IMG/VR virus record: IMGVR_UViG_3300037466_003849
Location: 1 to 64,000 of that record
Source: a virus
Lineage: Duplodnaviria > Caudoviricetes
DNA: 64,000 nt
Reading direction: 5' to 3' (one strand)
Shown here: positions 1 through 8,823 of the stretch, in pieces
Layout of the letters: every line of letters begins with the position of its first letter
How positions within the stretch are numbered: position 1 is the stretch's first letter
Notes under the pieces: generated by a model
The model's database searches: none
Told to the model about the DNA's origin: nothing
What the model saw: the letters and a program-made list of their open reading frames with translations, nothing else
Program-made: the position numbers and the translations under genes

Positions 1-738
1 CCGACGCCGACCACCGGCGACAGCTCGACGAAACTGGCCACCACGGCCTTCGTCCAGACTGCGGCGCTCGTCACTGGCGGCACCGCGGCGATGCAGCCGT
101 CGAAGACCTCGGCCTACACCGCCGCGGCCGGAGACTTCGTGCCGGTCAGCGCCAGCGGCGGCGCCGTGACCATCACCCTGCCGTCGGCGCCCGCCAACGG
201 AACGCGCGTGACGATCATGAAGACCGACTCGTCGACCAACGCGGTCACGATCGCGCGCGGTGGCTCCGACGTGATCAACGCTGGCGCAACGTCGCTCGTG
301 CTGCCCGGCCAGTTCCAGGTGGCCTCGCTGGAGTACTCCTCGGCCGCCGCGACCTGGTACAACCAGGAGGCCGCCGCGCCGTGCAAGTTCACCTGGCTCG
401 TCCAATCCGGTACGCGCGCAAGCGGTTACGGAGATATGCCCGAGGGCGTGTACTTCGACCAGGCGGCCACGATCTTCGCCGTCCAGTTCCGCATCGGCAC
501 CGCGGACGCGTCCGGCTCGAGCACGCTGGCGCTCTACAGCAACACGACCAACGCCAGCACCGGAACGGCGCTGACGAGCGGATCGACGACGCTGGCCACC
601 GCGACGGCGAACAACAAGACCGTGCTGACCGGGCCGTGGTCGATCGCCGCGGGCACCTTCCTTCAGGTCAACGCCACCGCGGTCGGCACGACGCCGGGCA
701 AGCGCCTCTACGCCGACGTGATCGGAATATACGTCTGA
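1..738 (+). CDS. Tail fibre / minor tail protein, 5'-truncated
   Basis: Frame is open from base 1 (PTPTTGDSSTKLATTAFVQ, a typical phage fibre motif) into the 91..738 ORF; Thr/Ala/Gly-rich beta-type sequence. Confidence 0.75.
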   Translation, partial: PTPTTGDSSTKLATTAFVQTAALVTGGTAAMQPSKTSAYTAAAGDFVPVSASGGAVTITLPSAPANGTRVTIMKTDSSTNAVTIARGGSDVINAGATSLVLPGQFQVASLEYSSAAATWYNQEAAAPCKFTWLVQSGTRASGYGDMPEGVYFDQAATIFAVQFRIGTADASGSSTLALYSNTTNASTGTALTSGSTTLATATANNKTVLTGPWSIAAGTFLQVNATAVGTTPGKRLYADVIGIYV

Positions 739-1160
739 TGTTCGTCGCACGCGCCGCCAACAGCGGTCCCGCATCCCAGCGGATGTATCTGAACACGAAC
801 TACAGTCCGGGCACTTCAACGGCCCAGCTGACGAACATGACGGCCGACCCAGGCTTTCCGGCCACCGTGCTGTCGTCAGCGAAGATCGTGGTCGACGTCG
901 CGGGGACGATCAACGTCACCGCGCTGATGACCCTGTCGTCGGTCTCCGGCGGCTGGACCACCACCGGCTACATCTACCTCAACGGCGCGCAGATCGCCTC
1001 CGGCAGCCGCTCCACGGCCGGAACGATCCCGCTGTCGGCGTCCGCCGTGGCCGTGAATGCCGGAGATCTCATCGACCTACGCGCGGTCTCCCAGTTCGCT
1101 TCCACGAGCACCGTCGCATCCGGTTCCACCTCCACCTACGTGGAGATCGACCCCGCATAG
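738..1160 (+). CDS. Minor tail / fibre-associated protein (140 aa)
   Basis: ATG at 738 overlaps upstream stop (TGATG); MFVARAANSG...; S/T-rich beta-sandwich-like sequence. Confidence 0.6.
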   Translation: MFVARAANSGPASQRMYLNTNYSPGTSTAQLTNMTADPGFPATVLSSAKIVVDVAGTINVTALMTLSSVSGGWTTTGYIYLNGAQIASGSRSTAGTIPLSASAVAVNAGDLIDLRAVSQFASTSTVASGSTSTYVEIDPA

Positions 1161-1180
1161 CAATCGAAAGGAGGGAAATC

Positions 1181-1267
1181 ATGCTGACCATCGTTGTCGA
1201 CCTGCTGGGCGTCCTCGTCAAGGACCTGCCCACCATCGTCGCCCTGGCGTCCTCGGCCTCGGCCTGA
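1181..1267 (+). CDS. 28-aa hydrophobic peptide (MLTIVVDLLGVLVKDLPTIVALASSASA)
   Basis: Strong RBS GAAAGGAGG upstream of ATG 1181; followed by a terminator; below the ORF-track cutoff. Confidence 0.5.
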   Translation: MLTIVVDLLGVLVKDLPTIVALASSASA

Positions 1268-1280
1268 TCGCCCCACGAAA

Positions 1281-1324
1281 ATAGCGCCCCCTCATTCCCA
1301 TCCACGGGATTGAGGGGGCGCTAT
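1281..1324. terminator. Probable bidirectional terminator ending the tail operon
   Basis: ATAGCGCCCCCTCA...TGAGGGGGCGCTAT 14-bp stem between convergent genes. Confidence 0.75.
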
Positions 1325-1342
1325 TTGTCGTTTCCGGGCAGG

Positions 1343-1759
1343 TTACTTGCGCTGCTGTACGTCCGTGATCCGCGCCTCGGTCTCCTTGGTGGACTCGTCG
1401 TAGGTGGCCTGGCAGGTGAACTCGGAGTGCATCAGGCCGCCCAGGGAGTTCTGGGCATCCACAGCGCCGGTGATCGTCCAGCCGTTCTTCGAATCGCCCT
1501 CGGGCTGCTCGTCGCTGAACTTCGCCGTGCCGGGCGATACGAGGTGATCCTTCGCCGCCTTCTCACACATCGACACCGCGAACTCCGTGCGGTGGCGCTC
1601 CACGTCGGCAGGATCTTCCTTGGGGTCGTAGAAGAAGAAGAACCAGACGAGGCCGCCGATGACGGCGAGGACGACCGCGGTGATCAGGAAGTCCCGCCAG
1701 GTCGCCTCCTTCTTCTCGCCGTCGCCGGAGGGGGCGGTTTCAGGGGCAGTCATGGGCAA
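1343..1759 (-). CDS. Single-pass membrane protein with extracytoplasmic domain
   Basis: One TM helix (FLITAVVLAVIGGLVWFFFF), then C..AAKDHLVSPGTAKF...GAVDAQNSLG...FTC. Confidence 0.7.
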   Translation of the reverse strand: MPMTAPETAPSGDGEKKEATWRDFLITAVVLAVIGGLVWFFFFYDPKEDPADVERHRTEFAVSMCEKAAKDHLVSPGTAKFSDEQPEGDSKNGWTITGAVDAQNSLGGLMHSEFTCQATYDESTKETEARITDVQQRK

Positions 1760-1817
1760 TGTCTCTCTGCGACAGTGGATGTGGCGATCTGATCATCGCC
1801 GAGAAGGTGCTGCGGCG

Positions 1818-2297
1818 TTACTTGAGAGTGACACCGACCGGCCGCATGGGGCCGATGATGTTGCGCCGGAGACGACGCCAATCTTCACGGGCGGCTGACA
1901 GCGCCGTCGGGTGAGCGCCGACACGGCCGAGCTTGCGGACCAGCTGGTCTCGAAGGCGGTACTCGAGCTTCTTCCACTGCCCCCGCTCGACGAGCCCCGC
2001 GCAGGTATGGCAGGCGGCCCAGTTCCCAGTCGTATCCATGCCGAGCACGTTCGTGAAGGTCCGCGCCGGGAGTATCCACGAGGCGCGCTCCTCGATGCAG
2101 AAATCGCAGTCCAGGCGCTTGTAGGTCTCGTCGACCTCGACCGCTACAGGCTCGTGGTCGAAGGTGTACTGGGGCGGGTGGATCGGAGTCTTGCGCTCGC
2201 CTTCGCGAAGGTTGTGCAGGACGACGCCGCAGGTGATGCAAATGAAGATGGGATGCGATTCCTCGGTGCTCACCTGCGGCATCCTCCCACGGGTCAC
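1818..2297 (-). CDS. Hypothetical Cys-rich (Zn-binding) protein
   Basis: GTGA overlap with upstream stop at 2294-2297; CITC, CDFC and CHTC motifs. Confidence 0.6.
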   Translation of the reverse strand: MTRGRMPQVSTEESHPIFICITCGVVLHNLREGERKTPIHPPQYTFDHEPVAVEVDETYKRLDCDFCIEERASWILPARTFTNVLGMDTTGNWAACHTCAGLVERGQWKKLEYRLRDQLVRKLGRVGAHPTALSAAREDWRRLRRNIIGPMRPVGVTLK

Positions 2298-2767
2298 TGA
2301 CCGGCGCGTTGGCGCTGGCGCATTTCCCGCGCGGTATCGAGCACGACCGACAATGGCAGGCGCTCCTTGCCTGGCGGCAACTCGACCCACCGGCGCAACA
2401 CATCGCCCGGTTTCGGATAGACCAGGATGTTGCTCGGCGCCGACAGGCCGATCGGACAACCCGGCTCGTTCCACAGCAGCTCGCGGGCGTGCACGAAGTC
2501 CGTTAGGTGCAGGTCCAACTTGACGATGAACTGCCAGAACCGCGCATCCTCGTTGGCGATGACCGGCGTGTGCAGACTCAGCCGCGCCAACTCCTCGTGG
2601 ACGAGCTGGCCGAGCCAGTCGTCCATTCGCACGGTGTAGACCGAGCCCTCCGAAGCGATGTTGGTGACGATGCTGTCGCCGTCGACCGAGATCCGCGCGC
2701 CCAGGTCGTGCTCGCGGTTGTACTCCTGGACGCGCTGGCGCAGTGCGTCCCTCTGGGCTGTGTCCAT
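2294..2767 (-). CDS. Hypothetical protein, distant paralogue of 3468-3941
   Basis: RBS GAGGAG, ATG 2767; FWQFIV and YPKP..RRWVELP motifs. Confidence 0.65.
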   Translation of the reverse strand: MDTAQRDALRQRVQEYNREHDLGARISVDGDSIVTNIASEGSVYTVRMDDWLGQLVHEELARLSLHTPVIANEDARFWQFIVKLDLHLTDFVHARELLWNEPGCPIGLSAPSNILVYPKPGDVLRRWVELPPGKERLPLSVVLDTAREMRQRQRAGQ

Positions 2768-2918
2768 GACTCCTCTTGGTGTGTTCGACGATTGACGAGG
2801 GAGGTGCGGGAGCCCTCTCGCTGCGTCAGGCAAACGCAGGGCCGGTTTCGATTGAGAGGGCCTCCCGCGGGCCGCCGAGCGGGGAAGAAGTCGCCCGGCG
2901 GGGTCTGAAGGCGCTGAC

Positions 2919-3140
2919 CTACGGCACGAGCCAGAGGTGCTCGTAGGTCAGCCGGGGTAAGTCGAGGGAGCGCAGGGGCTCCACCGTCACGTGGTCAGGG
3001 TGGTGATGCTCCGACCAGATCCGCGCGAACCGCTTCGCCGCTGTCTCACAAGCCCGGTATGACAGGTCCATACCGGTTTGAGTGAAATGCACGACGACCT
3101 TCACATCCTTCTCGCCCGGCCGCGGAGACACCGCGGTCAC
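2919..3140 (-). CDS. Small hypothetical protein (73 aa)
   Basis: GTGA-coupled to upstream gene; SYRAC..AA..F...LPRL motif. Confidence 0.6.
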   Translation of the reverse strand: MTAVSPRPGEKDVKVVVHFTQTGMDLSYRACETAAKRFARIWSEHHHPDHVTVEPLRSLDLPRLTYEHLWLVP

Positions 3141-3487
3141 CGCAGGCTCCCGACCAGATGGCCAGAGACGACGCTGAGGTGTCGCTTTGGCTTCGGCGTC
3201 ACCGGCGCCACCACTGGCAGCTCGGTGGTGGGGAAGTCGTTGGGGTCGAACAGCTTCTCCTCCTCCGGCCGGTACGCCGCGAATCGGCCCGTCCAGTCCG
3301 GGTGGCCGTGCTCTGCCAGCATCCGGGAGGCGGCGTAGTCGCCGTGGCTCTCCTCGGCGCGCCGACGGAAGTAGCGCTCGATCCGGTGGACGCAGTAGGC
3401 CATCGCCAGCAGCGCGGCGATCGTGATGACCATCAGACTCGTTGTGTCCTTGAACATCTCGGCCGCCTTATACGTAGTGCTGTGCAT
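3137..3487 (-). CDS. Membrane-anchored hypothetical protein (start uncertain: 3487 or 3457)
   Basis: TM helix LMVITIAALLAMAYCV; part of a coupled leftward operon. Confidence 0.55.
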   Translation of the reverse strand: MHSTTYKAAEMFKDTTSLMVITIAALLAMAYCVHRIERYFRRRAEESHGDYAASRMLAEHGHPDWTGRFAAYRPEEEKLFDPNDFPTTELPVVAPVTPKPKRHLSVVSGHLVGSLR

Positions 3488-3941
3488 AGCGGGTGGCCAA
3501 TGCGTTCCGGCCGGTAACCCGGTCGATGGCGTGGACAATTGCCACCGCCGACGGCCGCAGGGTGTCCTGTGGCTGCTCGATCCACTGGCAGTAGCCGTTC
3601 TGTTCGGTCAGTGGCGACGGCAGCATCATCGACGCCCCGGCGCCGACGATGCAGGCGCCATCGACGAGCAGCAGCGACGAGTACTGATCCAGGGGCGTCT
3701 CCCCGCGTGCTAGGAAGGTCCAGCGACTGTTGCGGATGCCGACGATCGGGCCGCGCATGTTGAGCGTGTGCAGCCGCTCGCGCACTTTTTCGCCCAGCGC
3801 CGCGGGCATGGTGATGGCGGTCAGGTCGATCATCCGGGTCATGATGTGACCCTTGGACGCCCAGCATGGCAGCTGGAATCTGTCCTGGTACCGGGCGAGC
3901 CGGGTGTAGATGTCGTCCGCGGTCACGGTTGTCGTGGTCAT
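3468..3941 (-). CDS. Nocardia-type hypothetical protein, degenerate Prim-Pol-like fold (inferred)
   Basis: RBS GGAGGA, ATG 3941; AITMPAALG..GPIV..RWTFL..LPSP..WIEQP motifs. Confidence 0.65.
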   Translation of the reverse strand: MTTTTVTADDIYTRLARYQDRFQLPCWASKGHIMTRMIDLTAITMPAALGEKVRERLHTLNMRGPIVGIRNSRWTFLARGETPLDQYSSLLLVDGACIVGAGASMMLPSPLTEQNGYCQWIEQPQDTLRPSAVAIVHAIDRVTGRNALATRYAQHYV

Positions 3942-4160
3942 GAGTCCTCCAGGAGCTCCGATAGAAGCGCCCGGCGCGGCCGGAGGGGTGGTGGTCACTC
4001 TGCGAGTGGTAAGTGACCCCGACCACGGCCGGGTGCAGAATCAGTGCACCACTGCAAGACCGTAGTGACAATGCCATTGCGGAAATGTCTTCGAAGTCCT
4101 GCGAAGTCCCAGGGGATGTGCCATCCTGATCCCACAGAATTGCCAGAATGAGAAAGCCTG

Positions 4161-5045
4161 GTGACCAAAGTGGCAAAGGATGCGTCGCCGTCTCCGCTTC
4201 CGAGACGTCAGCTGGGCCGATATCTTCGCAAAGGGCGCGAGGATATCGGCCTCACCTTGAAGCAGGTCTCGACCGAGATGGAGTGGAGCTTGAGCAAGCT
4301 GGCCCGCATCGAGCGCGGTGAGATGGGCAAGCTGACGACTCGCGACATCGAGGCCCTGTGCAAGATCTTGGAGTTCGACGACGAGCGCACCAAGGCGATG
4401 ATCGGACTCAATCAGCAGTCGGCAACCAAGAGTTGGTGGCACGCCTACGGGGATGTAATCCCAGAAGGCTTCAACGTGTACGTCGGTCTGGAAACGTCCG
4501 CCGTCGCGATGGACATCTTCCGGCCGGACATCATTCCTGGCCTGTGTCAGACCGCCGATTACGCCCGCGCGCTCGACAGGATCTTCTTTCCCAACGACTC
4601 GGAGGAGGAGCAAAGGGGACGCATCGAATTGCGGATGAGCCGCCAGGCAATCCTGACCCGAAGAACCAGTCCACCAAAGGTGGACGTGGTGCTGCATGAA
4701 TCGGTTCTACACACTCAAGTGGGAGATTCCGAGGTGATGGCCGGACAACTCCGGCACCTCGCCGACATGAGCACCCGAGACAATGTGAGCGTCCGCATAC
4801 TGCCGTCGAGCGCGGGATTCCCGCTCGGCATCCCAGTCGGCCCGTATGTGATTCTGGATTTTCCGGACGATAACGAGCCGACGGTCGTTTACATCGAGAA
4901 CTTCACGGGCGACGCCTACCTTGAGGGAGAATCGGATGTCGCACGGTACCGTGAAGCATCTGCAATCATCCAGCACGCTGCGCTGGATGCAGTTTCCAGT
5001 AGGAGCCTGCTTCGGCGGGTAGCAAGACAACGAAGGGACGATTGA
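4161..5045 (+). CDS. XRE-family HTH regulator with DUF5753 domain (Scr1/WhiJ-like)
   Basis: RRQLGRYLR..RE HTH, WW..Y, GLE, IPGLCQTADYARA, LHESVL, M..QL.HL, VVYIE motifs. Confidence 0.92.
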   Translation: MTKVAKDASPSPLPRRQLGRYLRKGREDIGLTLKQVSTEMEWSLSKLARIERGEMGKLTTRDIEALCKILEFDDERTKAMIGLNQQSATKSWWHAYGDVIPEGFNVYVGLETSAVAMDIFRPDIIPGLCQTADYARALDRIFFPNDSEEEQRGRIELRMSRQAILTRRTSPPKVDVVLHESVLHTQVGDSEVMAGQLRHLADMSTRDNVSVRILPSSAGFPLGIPVGPYVILDFPDDNEPTVVYIENFTGDAYLEGESDVARYREASAIIQHAALDAVSSRSLLRRVARQRRDD

Positions 5046-5260
5046 CCGTGAGCATTGACCTGTCCGGGGCCAAGTGGTTCAAGAGCAGCCGCAGCTCTGG
5101 GGGGAAGGAATGCGTGGAGGCGGCACACCTGGATGGCGGCCACGTCGGCGTTCGCGACTCCAAGAACCCGACCGGCCCGGCGCTCATCTTCACCCCCGGC
5201 GAATGGGACGCCTTCATCGGCGGAGTGATGGACGGAGAGTTCAACCGGCCGCAGGCGTAG
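5042..5260 (+). CDS. DUF397 protein (Scr2-like)
   Basis: WFKSSRS...CVE...VGVRDSKNP.GP.L.F...EW.AF signature; coupled to the XRE gene. Confidence 0.95.
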   Translation: MTVSIDLSGAKWFKSSRSSGGKECVEAAHLDGGHVGVRDSKNPTGPALIFTPGEWDAFIGGVMDGEFNRPQA

Positions 5261-5278
5261 CCCGCGGCGAAAGGACAT

Positions 5279-5310
5279 GCCCCCAGCCCGTTGGGTTGGG
5301 GGCTTCTTTC
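5279..5310 (+). terminator. Intrinsic terminator
   Basis: GCCCCCAGCCC-gtt-GGGTTGGGGGC followed by TTCTTTC. Confidence 0.7.
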
Positions 5311-5360
5311 TGTCTCGGCCCGGATGGCCGATAGCTAAAGGGTTGCTGACTAGGTCGCCC

Positions 5361-5628
5361 GCGAACGTGTTGTGAACGTTTTCGTGAACGCTTTCGGTCC
5401 GAACCCCCCCGATGCCAACCGATCGCAACCGATGAGAGCATCGGTGCGTCGGCGGCATAGGGCCTGCTCAGGAGATAGATTCTGATAGGTCTGGATCGGC
5501 TTGTAAGACATCCCCGGAAACCGATGGCACAATCGTGGAGTTCTATGGGATGCAGGCCCGAAATAGGCCCTCCACCTGCGCCGGTCGGTTCCGGCCCGAG
5601 CGGCGTGAACGTTTACTCGAACGTTTTC
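5361..5628. other. Putative attP with integrase arm-type sites
   Basis: GTGAACGTTTTC-like repeats at 5361, 5372, 5384 and 5605, 5617 bracket about 210 bp of non-coding DNA just downstream of int. Core not identified. Confidence 0.6.
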
Positions 5629-5641
5629 GCCGTGTGGTCGC

Positions 5642-6994
5642 TCAACCGATGGCGGCAAAGTCGATAACTGGCGCCTCGGCGATCGACACGTAGAAGCGGT
5701 TCGTCACCGGACTGTTGATGCCGTGGCCGAGGATCTCGCGCGCCCGCGCGAGAGCCACATCCTTGCCGAGATCCAGGTAGTGCTCGACGACGCGGGTGGC
5801 CCTCGTCGACCGCAGCGTCTTCAGCGTGGAGCCCTCCAGGGGCGTGCCCTTGACCACCTGCCGGTAGGTCTCATCGAGGTATCCCGGCGCCATGATCCGG
5901 CCCTGATGCGTGGCGAATGGGAATTTGCACTCCGGCTTCGCTTCGAGCTTCCGACGTTTCAGCACCGCGATCTCATCCGCGGAAACTCGGATGCGTCGGC
6001 GCGAGTCGTCGGTCTTCGGAAACGGCTGCCGGAATGAGATGAGCATCTGCGCGTCCGGCAACATGCTGGCAGGGTCCGATCGAAGGATGTACTCCTGCGG
6101 CTCCAGTTCGAATTCCGCGATCAACTTGTCGGCCTGGGCGCGGGTGACCAAACACGATACGGCGGTGGCGCCCACCGACACCGTCCGCTCATCGAAGTCG
6201 ATATCGGGGAATTCCAGCGCCATGACTTCGCTGGGCCGACCGGCCACCGCATACAGCGTGGTCGTGAAATCCAGATATCGACGCCCGGTGTACCGCGTCT
6301 CTTTCACTCGCTCGGTTTCAAGGTGGCGATAGAGCTCGTATTCCTCGGGCGTGAACGGCTCCGGCTCGTCGGCGAACCATTTGCGCGTCGTCACCTTCTT
6401 CCACCGGCGCTTGTGGCCGGTGCTGCGCTTCAGTTTCACGCCCGCGGCCGGATTGTCGTCGCGTCCTTCGTCGGCGATGAACCAGTCGAACGCCTGCCGG
6501 AGAATCGTGGCCTGCCGCGCCTGTTTCACCGGCGTGCTGGCCATCAGCTCGAAATGCAGACGGAAGTCTTTGCGCAGAACCGTCTTCGCCTTCTTCGCGC
6601 CGAGCTTCGAGTTCGCGATCTTCAGAGTGTCCGGCCGCGACCGATCGAGCACCTCGATTTCGCGGTAGTACTCGGAGAGCGTCTGGATTCGCTTCGCGGT
6701 ATTCGCGGACTTCTCCTCCGCGGCATACCACGCGCGCACGAGCTCGAGGACGGTCGGATCGTCGCTGTAGTCGGTGCTGGCGATCGGCCGCGGCTTCCAC
6801 TGCTTGATGCGCTTGGCGAGATCCTTGCGGCACGCCTCTGGTGATCGGCCGAAGCCCCAGACCTTGCTCGGATCGCCGTCGTCAGGCTCGCCGATGCGCA
6901 CCATCTGCTCGTAGCACCCGCGCTGGCTGTTCCAACGCGGCTCCAGGGGCCAGGGCTTACCCGGCTGTCCGGGGGCCAGTGGCGGACGCCCCAT
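5642..6994 (-). CDS. int: Tyrosine integrase (450 aa)
   Basis: ATG 6994 with RBS GAGGAG; MGRPPL N-terminus, AGRPSEVMAL, KTLR, LGH and terminal Tyr (TNRFY). Confidence 0.92.
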   Translation of the reverse strand: MGRPPLAPGQPGKPWPLEPRWNSQRGCYEQMVRIGEPDDGDPSKVWGFGRSPEACRKDLAKRIKQWKPRPIASTDYSDDPTVLELVRAWYAAEEKSANTAKRIQTLSEYYREIEVLDRSRPDTLKIANSKLGAKKAKTVLRKDFRLHFELMASTPVKQARQATILRQAFDWFIADEGRDDNPAAGVKLKRSTGHKRRWKKVTTRKWFADEPEPFTPEEYELYRHLETERVKETRYTGRRYLDFTTTLYAVAGRPSEVMALEFPDIDFDERTVSVGATAVSCLVTRAQADKLIAEFELEPQEYILRSDPASMLPDAQMLISFRQPFPKTDDSRRRIRVSADEIAVLKRRKLEAKPECKFPFATHQGRIMAPGYLDETYRQVVKGTPLEGSTLKTLRSTRATRVVEHYLDLGKDVALARAREILGHGINSPVTNRFYVSIAEAPVIDFAAIG

Positions 6995-7454
6995 CGGCCT
7001 CTCCTCTCTCTCGGCGTTCGATGCCCGCCTCGATATCGCGGACGTACTGATCGAGCTCCCACGACGCGCTGGAGCGCACGAGGAACTCGAGCTTGCGGCG
7101 GCCACCGCGCTCACCCGGCGCCAGGCCGAAGGGCTCGTCGCCGCGCAGCCAGGCCAGCCAGGTGTCGGCGGCGAGGCCGGTGCCCGGCACGGCGTCGGCC
7201 CGGTCGATGCCCGACGGCATCAGCAGAGCGATCGGCGATACATCGAAGGCGTAGGCGAAGCCGATCAGCTCGGCCGCGGAAACCTTCCGGCGGCCCTTCT
7301 CGATGTCCTTGATGGCGACATGCTGGACCGGGACGCCGATCTCGTTGAGCCGCCGGGAGAGCTCGGTGTAGGCGATGTCGCCCTGCGTTCGGAAGTGATG
7401 GATGCGCGCCGCGACGATATCGGCGACGGCAGGGCCGAGTTCGGATGGGGGCAT
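6957..7454 (-). CDS. XRE-family HTH regulator upstream of int
   Basis: IAYTELSRRL...IKDIEKGRRKVSAAELIGFAYAFDVSPIALL. Confidence 0.85.
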   Translation of the reverse strand: MPPSELGPAVADIVAARIHHFRTQGDIAYTELSRRLNEIGVPVQHVAIKDIEKGRRKVSAAELIGFAYAFDVSPIALLMPSGIDRADAVPGTGLAADTWLAWLRGDEPFGLAPGERGGRRKLEFLVRSSASWELDQYVRDIEAGIERRERGEADGASATGPRTAG

Positions 7455-7465
7455 CGGTCCAGCCT

Positions 7466-7487
7466 GACATCTAATACGATAGATGTC
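7466..7487. promoter_or_regulatory. Operator-like palindrome between XRE and xis
   Basis: GACATCTA-N6-TAGATGTC; several GGATT repeats follow to about 7535. Confidence 0.5.
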
Positions 7488-7563
7488 TATGGATTCTCAT
7501 CGGTCGAGTTAGGATTTTCCATGCGGGATTGAGGATTTCTCCCGCCTGAACGATAGGAAGATC

Positions 7564-7749
7564 GTGACCGACCCTCTACTGACCCCCGAGGAAGTCGCCG
7601 ACTACCTGCGGCTGACCAAGCAGGCCCTCGCCGATCTGCGCAGCAGCGGGAAGGGGCCGTCGTACACCCACGTCGGCCGCCTGGTTCGCTACCGCAAGTC
7701 CGAGGTCGAGCGCTACCTCGAGGACAACACGGTGCCGACCGCCGGTTGA
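7564..7749 (+). CDS. Excisionase-like HTH protein
   Basis: LLTPEEVADYL...L.DLR..G.GP.Y..VGR.VRYR.SEV signature; divergent from the XRE gene. Confidence 0.88.
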   Translation: MTDPLLTPEEVADYLRLTKQALADLRSSGKGPSYTHVGRLVRYRKSEVERYLEDNTVPTAG

Positions 7750-7763
7750 GCCCCATGCGACGC

Positions 7764-7793
7764 AGGCCCTGCGATCACGCGATCGTGGGGCCT
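7764..7793. terminator. Hairpin between convergent genes
   Basis: 13-bp stem (two G-T pairs), 4-nt loop. Confidence 0.5.
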
Positions 7794-7800
7794 TCGTCGT

Positions 7801-8478
7801 CTACAGAAACGCCGACAACGACAGCAGCACCAAGGCCGGACTGGCGATGAAGTAGTCGACGGTCGTCGAGTCGTCGGCGTGCATCGTGATCAGGCCCGAG
7901 GAATGGGCGGTCATCACGCCGCCGAGGATCGCCACGAAGACCGCCGCGCCACACAGCAGCGCCGCGCCCCATCGCCGCCGTCGGCCGTCGAGACCGTCGA
8001 TCAGCGCGCGCAGGGTGCCGATGACGGTGGTGACGCCCATCAGGGCGCACCAGATGCCGTAGGTCAGCCCGAAGGCGCGGTCGGCCGGGTCGTCGAGCGA
8101 GAGGATGTTCCAGGAGCCGGATCGTCGGCTGTCGCCGACGGCCCAGCAGATGACGAAGATGATCATCGTGACGAGGAAGGCCACACCGAGAACTCGCCGG
8201 GGCTCGAAGGCGTCGATGGCGCGCAGGGCTACGACACTGAAGCATCCGTAGGCGAAGACCATCAGCGACATCGTCGCCAGCACGGCGATAGAGCCGGTGC
8301 TGTGGTTGGACTTGTCGGGGTCGAACGCGGCATCGACGCTCGGAACGAGCAATGCCAGCACAATCGCGGCGAGACCCAGTGTGAAAACCCGTGAATTCAG
8401 TCCCGACCTGCGCCACCAGCACAGCCGAGTGACGAGGGCGGCCAGCAGGAGGACCGCTTTGAGAGCGCCGAGCAACAC
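7801..8478 (-). CDS. Polytopic membrane protein (about 6 TM), MAB_1171c-like (tentative)
   Basis: Multiple hydrophobic helices; directly downstream of an XRE gene. Confidence 0.7.
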   Translation of the reverse strand: MLLGALKAVLLLAALVTRLCWWRRSGLNSRVFTLGLAAIVLALLVPSVDAAFDPDKSNHSTGSIAVLATMSLMVFAYGCFSVVALRAIDAFEPRRVLGVAFLVTMIIFVICWAVGDSRRSGSWNILSLDDPADRAFGLTYGIWCALMGVTTVIGTLRALIDGLDGRRRRWGAALLCGAAVFVAILGGVMTAHSSGLITMHADDSTTVDYFIASPALVLLSLSAFL

Positions 8479-8526
8479 GAGCGCGATTGTAAAGCGGAAC
8501 GCTGACTCTCAACTAGAGGTTGCCGC

Positions 8527-8823
8527 TCACCGGCCGAATACGTCGCCGTAGATCCTGGCCGCGTGGCTGCGCTGCCCGTCGGCGCTGTCGGCGAGCCGCT
8601 TCTTCGATGCGGTGAATATGGCCGCCGCGGTGGTCTTGAGGACGGTAGCAATGTCGTCGAGCTGGACGGCGTTCACGACGCGGTGACCGGTCTCGATCTC
8701 CCGGTACGTCGTCTTGGTGATCTTGGCGGCGGTCCAGACCTCCTCCTGAGTCAGTCCGGCCGCCAGCCGCCGATCGCGGATCTCGTCGGCCATCGCGTAG
8801 ACCAGGGGAGTGCGCCGTGCCAT
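8527..8823 (-). CDS. XRE-family HTH protein (98 aa)
   Basis: EIRDRRLAAGLTQEEV..AAKI...YREIETG.R..NA.QL..IA.VL. Confidence 0.85.
   Translation of the reverse strand: MARRTPLVYAMADEIRDRRLAAGLTQEEVWTAAKITKTTYREIETGHRVVNAVQLDDIATVLKTTAAAIFTASKKRLADSADGQRSHAARIYGDVFGR

Noticed and set aside
3468-3941. Calling this gene an RNA polymerase beta subunit (a label I recall on similar Nocardia proteins)
   Set aside because: 157 aa with no RpoB motifs.
5485-5491. Sixth ATAGGTC inside attP
   Set aside because: Flanks do not form a convincing stem, and an isolated 7-mer is expected by chance in 64 kb.
5396-5604. tRNA or tmRNA fragment as attP core
   Set aside because: GTGGAG and CTTGTAA are too short; no T-arm or acceptor match could be built.
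5642-7454. Integration-dependent immunity (attP inside the repressor gene, ssrA-like tags)
   Set aside because: The candidate attP lies downstream of int, not inside a repressor, and the C-termini are not convincing tags.
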